From a virus (Duplodnaviria; Caudoviricetes): a stretch of DNA of 46,642 nucleotides. Below the pieces are notes generated by a model. The model was not told the origin of the DNA. It was given only the letters and a program-made list of their open reading frames with translations, and did not search any database. Position numbers and translations under genes: made by a program. Where the stretch lies: IMG/VR virus record IMGVR_UViG_3300037722_000136, positions 1 through 46,642 of that record, one strand, 5' to 3'. Below, one piece after another: positions 17,407 to 24,986 of the stretch. The first letter of the stretch is position 1; the number at the start of each line of letters is the position of its first letter.

Positions 17407-18027
17407 TCATAGAGAATGCAGGATATTCTCAATTTGTGACTCGTACTCCGCCTCTCGTGCCGCCGCTCGTGCCGCCGCTCGTGCCGCCCCTGCCGCCCCT
17501 GTCGCTCGTGCCACCTCTGCCGCCCCTGCCGCCGCCTCTGCCGCCTCTGCCGCCTCTGCCGCCGCCTCTGCCACCTCTGCCGCCCCTGTCGCTCGTGCCA
17601 CCTCTGCCGCCTCTGCCGCCGCCTCTGCCACCTCTGCCGCCCATGCCGCCGCTCGTGCCACCTCTGCCGCATACCCTGCCGCCGCTCGTGCCGCCGCTCG
17701 TGCCGCCCCTGCCGCCCCTGCCGCCGCATCTGTGGTCCGGTCTTTTCCGGATAGCCATGTTTTCGCCCATCGCTCAACCGCAGGAATGCCGCAATGCAAA
17801 GCGTTAGCCGCAACGGCACGGGTTACGGTTTTCTCAACCGCCCTTTCCGCAGACCGTTGCGGAATCAGCCGCCACAGTACCCACGCTCTGTCGCATACAG
17901 GAATCGGCAACGTGGCAATCTCGGGGATTGTCAACCCGATCCGTCCCTCAGGGAGCATGGCGGAGTATTCCTCACGCTCCCCGCACGGCCCCAGAGCCAT
18001 GATATCGTCGAGTGTGTATTCCATCAT
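17407..18027 (-). CDS. Ala-rich repeat protein 3
   Basis: 17879-18023 is identical to 17183-17327; C-terminal EYESQIENILHSL. Confidence 0.8.
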   Translation of the reverse strand: MMEYTLDDIMALGPCGEREEYSAMLPEGRIGLTIPEIATLPIPVCDRAWVLWRLIPQRSAERAVEKTVTRAVAANALHCGIPAVERWAKTWLSGKDRTTDAAAGAAGAARAAARAAAGYAAEVARAAAWAAEVAEAAAEAAEVARATGAAEVAEAAAEAAEAAEAAAGAAEVARATGAAGAARAAARAAAREAEYESQIENILHSL

Positions 18028-18098
18028 ATGGTCTCCTTAGTTGGGGTTAGGGTCGGTCAAAGTCCACGCTATCCAATCAAGGATATCGCGGATTGTAG

Positions 18099-18302
18099 TC
18101 AATCCATATAGACGATACCGCACTTCGCACAAGTCGGAAGCGGGGCACCGATGGATGGTACCATGCGGATAGCGGGTTCCGATCCGCAATGCTCACAGAC
18201 CGGATTGCCGCCGGGCCAGCGGAGTTCGCGCATGTACTGTTCGCAGCGGTGAAGGTCGCTGAAATACCGCACGGCTTCAATAAGAGTTTGTGGATCGTTC
18301 AT
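18099..18302 (-). CDS. IS1595-family transposase N-terminal zinc-ribbon fragment (67 aa, no DDE domain)
   Basis: PQTLIEAVRYFSD...C.QY..ELRWP.G.PVC.HCG...C.KC; GGAG SD at ATG 18302. Confidence 0.7.
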   Translation of the reverse strand: MNDPQTLIEAVRYFSDLHRCEQYMRELRWPGGNPVCEHCGSEPAIRMVPSIGAPLPTCAKCGIVYMD

Positions 18303-18574
18303 GGTTTCTCCCCTGATAAATGCACATACGCGGCGGCGCGGCCATCCGGCGTGTTCGTCGCCCCGATGCGCTGCATGGTCCGCACGACTCGCCAAACGTG
18401 CCAGCGATGCACTCGGATTGGCACACCGGGCAGATCATGCGCGGTCTGCCTCTGCGCGGCCTCCACCAATTCGCGGAGCAATTCTGGATCGGCTTCGCAC
18501 ATTCCGAGCGAAGCGGCGAGCGCGTGTTCATCGGCGCGCGGAAGCCAGAAAACAACTTGTTCTGGAACGGACAT
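18299..18574 (-). CDS. Hypothetical protein
   Basis: ATG after an intergenic hairpin; stop coupled to the next gene. Confidence 0.5.
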   Translation of the reverse strand: MSVPEQVVFWLPRADEHALAASLGMCEADPELLRELVEAAQRQTAHDLPGVPIRVHRWHVWRVVRTMQRIGATNTPDGRAAAYVHLSGEKP

Positions 18575-18611
18575 AAATCGCCGACGCACCTTTAGGCGCG
18601 GCGGCGGTGAT

Positions 18612-18854
18612 TCAGAAACTAACTGCGCTGCCAATGCTGCCGTCATCTTCAATGGCGGTGACTCGATATCTTGTAACCCCGAAATTTGCCATTGCTTGCT
18701 CGCGCTTCGTGAGCCACGAGAACCACACGCTGGCGTCATCCTGCGCCTCGGCTTCGATCTCCCGGAATGGCGAGTCAATATCAGCCGGGCGGCTGCTGCT
18801 GTATTCGCCCCAGCCCTGAAAAACCACGTCGCCGACTTGGAATTGCTTTGTCAT
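18612..18854 (-). CDS. Hypothetical protein
   Basis: ATG 18854 with AGGAG SD. Confidence 0.55.
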   Translation of the reverse strand: MTKQFQVGDVVFQGWGEYSSSRPADIDSPFREIEAEAQDDASVWFSWLTKREQAMANFGVTRYRVTAIEDDGSIGSAVSF

Positions 18855-18952
18855 TTTCGACTCCTGCGGCTTGGCCGCGTGTGTGGGTTCGGATCGGCCT
18901 CGCCGATCAACTGTGTACATGATACACCGTATCGGCGTAGTGTTGGGGATAA

Positions 18953-19171
18953 TCAGGCGAATACTGGGTCAAAGTCTATACGCTCAGCAGAGTCAAAATT
19001 ATGGCCGATCGACAACCACAACAGCATGGCCAATTGTGGTTCGTCAACTGGCGGGGTGAACCCGCCCGAGCGAATCCATTGCAGTAGGTCTAGTGCACAT
19101 TGTCGGATTGTTTCGGGATCGTGGGTGATGTACGCTTGTCGCATCACGGCTAGTGTAAAGGCAGGGTCCAT
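18953..19171 (-). CDS. Small early protein, MDP...L..W...GGF.P family
   Basis: MDPAFTL...ALDLLQWIRSGGFTP; AAGGA SD; first gene of the leftward arm. Confidence 0.65.
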   Translation of the reverse strand: MDPAFTLAVMRQAYITHDPETIRQCALDLLQWIRSGGFTPPVDEPQLAMLLWLSIGHNFDSAERIDFDPVFA

Positions 19172-19223
19172 ATCAATTCCTTTCAAGGGTCAGCGATTGT
19201 ATACTGTACGCAGTAGATCATAG

Positions 19224-19979
19224 AATCGGCCGGATGCAATTAAAATGTCCAAGATTCATGCAGAATTGTGGATGTTGATCGTTGAGGGAAGGTCCGAATA
19301 ACCAAACAATTGTCCCATAGTCGATATTTGGCTGGAAACGCCATAATGGGGTGTATACTCGATTCTGGGGGTGTGCAGATTACCCAGATTACCAAAACAA
19401 TTGTCCTATAGACCGAACGAGAAAACTTTTGTAGAGAGAATATCTCTCGAGCCTATACAGCATGGTGCACTAGAAAGTCTTTTAGATTCTCATCTCTACT
19501 AAGCTACGCGGGGGAGATAATAAATAGGGTATAGAGAGATAATGAGGTCGTCAATCGTAAACTTGTTCAGTCTATGGGACAATATTAGTGGCGTTTTTGG
19601 CGAAATATCGGGGGTGTGTTGCGTTTAGGCATCATTTCCCCCCCCCAATGATGCTTTTTTGCATCATTCCCATCTCCCATAGTGCAGTATATACCCCACT
19701 ATCGTCCGGCCTGCCATATTGGCAGTCCTTGTGAATTGTTTCACAATGTATGCTCGATACCGCACCGCTGCATAGTGCAGTATATAGTGGACTATGGGAC
19801 GTAGCGACTGCTGTATGGTAGCTGTTAGGTACCCCCGGGTGCCACCCTTTGCTTGCGTGTTGCGTCGGAGTCCCGGGGATGGGTATCTATCACCCACATA
19901 AATTTTCATTTGCGAAACTTGCCCTTTTCCATTTGCATAAGGGCAAGATTCGGGGTACACTTGGGATAGGAGAACCACT
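19224..19979. other. Non-coding divergence region; candidate origin, control region or physical genome end
   Basis: AT-richer, no convincing ORF, multiple direct and inverted repeats, lies between the divergent gene arms. Confidence 0.6.
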
Positions 19980-20435
19980 ATGCCTCGTAAGCCCGCATTC
20001 GACGATCCTACTCCGATGTTCAAAGACTATATAGCCGGTATGCGATTGAACGACGTATCGCTGAAATACGGCGTGAGCGACACCACCATTCAAAAATACC
20101 TGAATGCCGGGGGGATAAAACGCAGGTCTCCTTGGCGTCCCAGACGGTGCGGTAAGCGATTTAACTATCTAAAGCACATAGAGGGGGTGTATGGTCTGCC
20201 CATGCCCGAATTCTTATCCCTGTATCGAAAACAGAGAGGTCGTTGTGCGATTTGCATGTCCCGCATACGCTGCCGTAATGGGGATACGCGAGCCACAATC
20301 TGTGTGGACCATGACCACGCATCGGGCAGGGTACGCGGGTTGTTATGCACGTCCTGTAATAATGGACTTGGCATGTTCAAAGACAGGGCAGACCTGATAC
20401 GTACGGCATATTTCTATATAAGCGGGGTACTTTGA
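19980..20435 (+). CDS. HTH + endonuclease VII-type (HNH-fold) nuclease
   Basis: N-terminal LNDVSLKYGVSDTTIQKYL helix-turn-helix; YGL...Q.GRCAIC...VDHDH.SG.VRGLLC.SCN.GLG.FKD. Confidence 0.9.
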   Translation: MPRKPAFDDPTPMFKDYIAGMRLNDVSLKYGVSDTTIQKYLNAGGIKRRSPWRPRRCGKRFNYLKHIEGVYGLPMPEFLSLYRKQRGRCAICMSRIRCRNGDTRATICVDHDHASGRVRGLLCTSCNNGLGMFKDRADLIRTAYFYISGVL

Positions 20436-20501
20436 CAACTTTTACATAGCCCTCTTTTTACGCCGAGTACCGTTGCGTTAAACATTTATGCGGAATTTTT
20501 C

Positions 20502-20530
20502 TTGACCAACCCCGGTTTATCGTGTATACT
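20502..20530 (+). promoter_or_regulatory. Sigma70-type promoter TTGACC-N17-TATACT (head of the morphogenesis arm)
   Basis: Near-consensus boxes, AT-rich upstream, followed by AAAGGA SD and ATG 20554. Confidence 0.75.
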
Positions 20531-20553
20531 TAAAGACCGAAAGGACTTCCCCT

Positions 20554-20709
20554 ATGCCTAGCAACAAACTGACACTGGCCCAACTCGACAAAGCTGCGAA
20601 CCGCCTCTTCAAGAAGCAGAAAGCAGCCGGCAACCCCATCACCCAACGGGAAGCGTTCTTGCAGATTCAGGGGGCCCACGAGAAACGCATGGCCCGGCGT
20701 AAGAAGTGA
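20554..20709 (+). CDS. Small basic protein (51 aa, not in ORF track)
   Basis: MPSNKLTLAQLDKAANRLFKKQKAAGNPITQREAFLQIQGAHEKRMARRKK; has promoter and SD. Confidence 0.65.
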   Translation: MPSNKLTLAQLDKAANRLFKKQKAAGNPITQREAFLQIQGAHEKRMARRKK

Positions 20710-20715
20710 TCCGCT

Positions 20716-21090
20716 ATGCCCATTGTCCCTGTATGGGGCGAGGGCCCTCCCTGTATACCGGGTCTCGTACGGGTTGAAGCGGCCCCGCCCCATACCGGGA
20801 CAACCATCGACTTGATAAGGAGAGACCCAACATTGAAAGAAATCCGATGGGCATCGCTGAAAGCAGGAGCAGTCGTAGCAATCGACTTCCTCGACCATGT
20901 AATGAACAGCGACGACGTACTCGAAGCAACCGCGTACGGTCGGGTCCATAAAGTCACGACCCACAGCGTCACCCTTGATTGGTGGCACCCGATTGGGTCC
21001 GACCATGGCCGCGATCTGAAGAATGACACCGAATGCGTCACCCTGATCCGAAACACCGTTTCATCTATCCGACTGCTTGATTCAGACTGA
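20716..21090 (+). CDS. Hypothetical protein
   Basis: Packed in the operon; C-terminal beta-rich SH3/Sm-like pattern. Confidence 0.5.
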   Translation: MPIVPVWGEGPPCIPGLVRVEAAPPHTGTTIDLIRRDPTLKEIRWASLKAGAVVAIDFLDHVMNSDDVLEATAYGRVHKVTTHSVTLDWWHPIGSDHGRDLKNDTECVTLIRNTVSSIRLLDSD

Positions 21091-21099
21091 TCTTCGATA

Positions 21100-21858
21100 A
21101 TGTCAATACTAGGACCTATAATCGGCGGTGATGTGCGTCCTCACGGGGACGCGGTCCCGTTCTCCCCGGAAGACATCGACGACCTGTTCGGGTGGTGGGA
21201 TGCGTCTGACACGGGTACCGTGTTCACGACATCGGCCGGGGCGACCCCATCGGGCGACACCGATCCGGTCGGGCGGTGGGAAGACAAAAGCGGGAACGGG
21301 AATCACCTGATCCAAGCGACTGACGATAACAGGCCCGTCTATGATACCGTGAACCAGAATTCTCTGCCGGCGATTCTGTTCTCCGGGGCATCTGACAACC
21401 TCGCCCGAACATTCGCATCGACTCAGGCCCAACCATTCAGTATCCTGCTGGCGTTTACGCTATCGAGTCATGGGGGTGTGGTAAACATATGGGATTCGGT
21501 GAATTCAACTAATCGTATCACGCTGTACTCATCGGCCACTGGAGCAGGGTCAATACGAACTTTTGAGTCAATCGACCGTTCATCTATCCCACAGCTATAC
21601 AACACCCCGCAATTTGTAACCGCTACGTTTGGTGCGACAGTCACCGACCTTCGCCGGTACCTAGGGGGAGCCCTCGTAGATCAAGACCTCGATGCAATGT
21701 CGCTCGAATCTATGGATGGGTGGTTGCTCGGGGCCCGGAATGACGGCGGGCAAAATAGCAACATCGTTGCGTATGAAGCAATGTGGTATAACCGCGTACT
21801 CACAGACGGCGAACTTCTGACGTTGGCCAACTACATAGCCGGGAAGTGGGATATCTGA
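21100..21858 (+). CDS. LamG/concanavalin-A-like jelly-roll virion protein
   Basis: WWDASD...VGRWEDKSGNGNHL.QAT...RP and YNRVLTD.E...L.NYI..KW. Confidence 0.75.
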   Translation: MSILGPIIGGDVRPHGDAVPFSPEDIDDLFGWWDASDTGTVFTTSAGATPSGDTDPVGRWEDKSGNGNHLIQATDDNRPVYDTVNQNSLPAILFSGASDNLARTFASTQAQPFSILLAFTLSSHGGVVNIWDSVNSTNRITLYSSATGAGSIRTFESIDRSSIPQLYNTPQFVTATFGATVTDLRRYLGGALVDQDLDAMSLESMDGWLLGARNDGGQNSNIVAYEAMWYNRVLTDGELLTLANYIAGKWDI

Positions 21859-21859
21859 T

Positions 21860-22219
21860 ATGTCGGACTTCGCAAAGATCATCGGTAACGGAATCTTGAA
21901 TCCGGGAGACGGTGGGGGAGGAGACCCCGATCCGCCCGTTCCTGTGTCCGCTGTATTCTTTACGGCGACCAACCGCATCATGTTGGAATTCGATAGGGAT
22001 ATCACGCTCGCCGACAGTGATACGTCGGTATGGGCGTACACCGGGGAAAGCGTCGAACCGAACGGCGTATTCCAAACCAACGCGAACACGCTTCGACTTA
22101 CGTTCAGCGAATTCCATTCAGGCAATTTGTTCTACAGCCCGCTGCCTGACGCCGTTGTAGGCGATCCTGACGGTGTCCCCGTCGAGGCATTTTCTAATTT
22201 CACAGTGACCATTGAATAA
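21860..22219 (+). CDS. Putative Ig-like (SwmB-like) structural protein
   Basis: Beta-rich; I.L.FD..I, TLRLTF, G.PV.AFSNF.VT. Confidence 0.5.
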   Translation: MSDFAKIIGNGILNPGDGGGGDPDPPVPVSAVFFTATNRIMLEFDRDITLADSDTSVWAYTGESVEPNGVFQTNANTLRLTFSEFHSGNLFYSPLPDAVVGDPDGVPVEAFSNFTVTIE

Positions 22220-22234
22220 TTAGGAGTCTTCATA

Positions 22235-22648
22235 ATGTCCCCATGCGGCGAACCAATCCGAGGCTTCGTGCATTCTACTGATGCGTCGTCCGGTGTTGAA
22301 ATCCCTATGTTCAAGGACGGGAGCGACACCGCTTTCACGCTCCGTTCCGACGAATACGTGGAATACCATCAGGTCGATCTCGTCACCGCACCGGGCGGTG
22401 ATTGCATCGTGTTCTCCGACAGCGACGACGATAACTCCGCTGACACGGGTGAAGTCATTCTTCGCGGAACCTTCGCGGCAAACGGAGGGATGGTCAAGGA
22501 ACTGTGCCCGCCTTACGTCGGTCTGCCCGGTGCCAAACCCCATGTTACCGCCCCGGCCGGCGTGGTCGATGTGTCATTCAAGGGCACGCTTCGACGGCAG
22601 GCTGGTATTGATCCGCGTCCCGCATGGCGGGAACCTGAACAGGCATAA
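22235..22648 (+). CDS. Hypothetical (possibly structural) protein
   Basis: AGGAG SD; beta-rich. Confidence 0.6.
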   Translation: MSPCGEPIRGFVHSTDASSGVEIPMFKDGSDTAFTLRSDEYVEYHQVDLVTAPGGDCIVFSDSDDDNSADTGEVILRGTFAANGGMVKELCPPYVGLPGAKPHVTAPAGVVDVSFKGTLRRQAGIDPRPAWREPEQA

Positions 22649-23058
22649 TGGCTAAGAAGGCATCCATCGGGTCGAGGGACCTTACGAGGTACCTCAAAGA
22701 ACTGGCGGCTCAGGCACATGATATGGCCGAGGCTGACGGTACCGTTTTGACTCGCGGTGAGGCACTGGCGAAGCTGGTGTGGGACCGAGCCTTGGGATGG
22801 ACCGAGGTAAAGATCGACGACACGGGTAAAGAATCGTTTCTGTATCACGAGCCGACCTCGTGGGCTATGCAGTTGATTTGGGACCGCATCGAAGGCAAGG
22901 TTCCGATGGCCGTCACCGAAGACGATGATAAGCCCAAGGTCAAGGACCGGGTCGATGAGATGGCGACAACCCGCTTCAATGATCTCGCATCCCGTGCCCA
23001 CGACGAAGTTGAGGAACTGAAGAAGAAAGTCCCGCCGAAGCGGAAGCCCGTTGAATAA
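22648..23058 (+). CDS. terS: Putative terminase small subunit
   Basis: Helical EALAK.V..RALG...AMQLIWDRIEGKVP; coupled immediately upstream of TerL. Confidence 0.65.
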   Translation: MAKKASIGSRDLTRYLKELAAQAHDMAEADGTVLTRGEALAKLVWDRALGWTEVKIDDTGKESFLYHEPTSWAMQLIWDRIEGKVPMAVTEDDDKPKVKDRVDEMATTRFNDLASRAHDEVEELKKKVPPKRKPVE

Positions 23059-24986
23059 TGGCCGCTACGTTCACGCAAAAACCTGATGTGAAAGAAGTCA
23101 CGCTACCTGATTGGTGGGCGTGCCCGATCACCGGCCTCCGTGTCCCTAAGGACCCGGTGGCCAATTTGCGTTATCGTGTGGCCCTTTTCAATGCGGCCGA
23201 CGAAGACATGCAGCTACGCGATGATCTGTACACGGCTTGCTCGAAGTCTGTACTGTTCTTCGTGAACGCCTTCTGCTACACTCTCCGGGTATTTGAATCG
23301 GACATGGAGAAGGAACAGCAGCAGGCCGAACATGCTGTTATTCCCTACCTTACGTGGCCGATTCAAGACGATCACATTCTTGCGATCGAAAAGGCGATCG
23401 ACGTAGGTAAGGACCTCGCCACCACAAAATCTCGTGATATGGGTGCGACGTGGGATCACGTCGTCGAATACGCCCACCGATTCATATTCAAGGATGAAGA
23501 ATCGCATCTGTGGATTTCGCGTAAAGAAGATGCTGTCGATTCGCTTGACGGTCTGCCGCGTGAATACCCGCATGGATCGCTTGCAGACCCCGGCACCATG
23601 TTTGGGAAAAGCGACTTCGTCTTGTCGAAACTGCCGGAGTGGATGCTGCCCCGCATCATGCGGAAGAAGCTGCACCTAATCAATCTAGACCGCAAGAATC
23701 GCATTGTTGGGGAATCCGCTAATGCAACAGCCGGTAGTTCCAATCGCGTCAAAAGTATCTTCCTCGACGAAATGGCAAAGATGGCTGAGGGAGAATCAAT
23801 TAAGCGGTCCACACGCGACGTATCGAAGTGCCGGCTTCCCTGCTCTACGCATGATGGAGCGGGAACTGCATTTGCGAAATGGGTTACGTCCGGCACGATA
23901 CCCGTCTTCCAAATGATGTGGTGGTCGCACCCGGAGAAGTCGAAGGGGTTGTACGTAGCCCAAGATGATCTCGGCCGGTATAAGATTCGCAGTCCGTGGT
24001 ACGACCACGAAGCATCGATCCGTTCCCCGAAGGAAATGGCAATCGAAATCGACGCCGACCCTATCGGGTCCGGTGATATGTTCTTCGAGACGCATGTGAT
24101 CGAAGAACACCGCAAACTGTTTGCGAAGCCCCCGATCCGAACGATGCGTATTCAATTCATGCCGAAGATTTCAGATTCTCAAATCCCCGATGCCTGTATC
24201 AAGCGGGATACGAAGGCAATCGACATCCGGGGTAAAGGTCCGTGGCAGGTGTGGACCCGACTTATGAGCGGCCGGCCCGATCAGACAAAGACGTTCACCG
24301 TATCATGCGATATCTCGAAAGGCATGGGGGCATCAAACAGTGTCATCAACATCACCAGTAACGAAGACAAAGAAAAAATCCTCACCTTCGTCGATGCTAA
24401 CACTCCGCCCTATGAACTCGCCAAACTCGCAGTTGCCGCTTGCATCTGGGCTGGCGGTCGCAACCGTTATCCGCTCCTTATCTGGGAAAACAACGGAGAC
24501 CCCGGATTCGACTTCGGCCGACAAGTAACTAAGGTGTTGCAGTACCCGAATGTGTACTTCGACCGCGTCCCCGGCACTCTGAGCGAGAAACGAGGGAAGC
24601 GGTGGGGTTGGAGATCGAGCCCGGAGAAGAAGGCGACCGCGATGGGGTTGCTGCGTCGGGCGTACGCCCACGGCGGATACATCAATCACGACGAAGCGGC
24701 ATTGGACGAGGCCCTCACTTACATCAATTTCCCTGATGGGTCCCTCGGCCCGGCAGAACTGGTGGAAGAAAATGCGTCCGCCCGTAAGACCCACGGTGAT
24801 CGCGTCATCGCAGACATGCTCGCGGTCGTAGGGATGGACGAAGGCCCGAAGAAGTCTCGCAGAGCAGAGACATCGGCACCTAAACGATCGCCCGGGTATC
24901 GGTTTGAGCAGTGGAAACGCAACAAAAAACGAAAACAGCAAAGCGACCGCTTTGATTTTCGAGTAGGACACGACTATGCCATCTGA
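23058..24986 (+). CDS. terL: Terminase large subunit
   Basis: Q motif WPIQ, Walker A KSRDMGATW, Walker B IFLDEMA, ST coupling motif, nuclease CDISKG, WENNG, HGDRVIA. Confidence 0.92.
   Translation: MAATFTQKPDVKEVTLPDWWACPITGLRVPKDPVANLRYRVALFNAADEDMQLRDDLYTACSKSVLFFVNAFCYTLRVFESDMEKEQQQAEHAVIPYLTWPIQDDHILAIEKAIDVGKDLATTKSRDMGATWDHVVEYAHRFIFKDEESHLWISRKEDAVDSLDGLPREYPHGSLADPGTMFGKSDFVLSKLPEWMLPRIMRKKLHLINLDRKNRIVGESANATAGSSNRVKSIFLDEMAKMAEGESIKRSTRDVSKCRLPCSTHDGAGTAFAKWVTSGTIPVFQMMWWSHPEKSKGLYVAQDDLGRYKIRSPWYDHEASIRSPKEMAIEIDADPIGSGDMFFETHVIEEHRKLFAKPPIRTMRIQFMPKISDSQIPDACIKRDTKAIDIRGKGPWQVWTRLMSGRPDQTKTFTVSCDISKGMGASNSVINITSNEDKEKILTFVDANTPPYELAKLAVAACIWAGGRNRYPLLIWENNGDPGFDFGRQVTKVLQYPNVYFDRVPGTLSEKRGKRWGWRSSPEKKATAMGLLRRAYAHGGYINHDEAALDEALTYINFPDGSLGPAELVEENASARKTHGDRVIADMLAVVGMDEGPKKSRRAETSAPKRSPGYRFEQWKRNKKRKQQSDRFDFRVGHDYAI

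Noticed and set aside
14759-17819. Pro-rich plus-strand and Gly/Arg-rich alternative-frame ORFs over the repeats
   Set aside because: Shadow ORFs of stop-free 9-nt repeats; only the Ala frame has an SD and conserved flanking domains.
16714-18027. Duplicated genes as a diversity-generating retroelement TR/VR pair
   Set aside because: No reverse transcriptase; differences are not adenine-specific; the shared block is fully identical.
18099-18302. Intact IS1595 element
   Set aside because: No catalytic domain, terminal inverted repeats or target duplication visible.
18189-19223. 344-aa plus-strand ORF
   Set aside because: Antisense to four small minus-strand genes, most with SDs; no recognisable motif.
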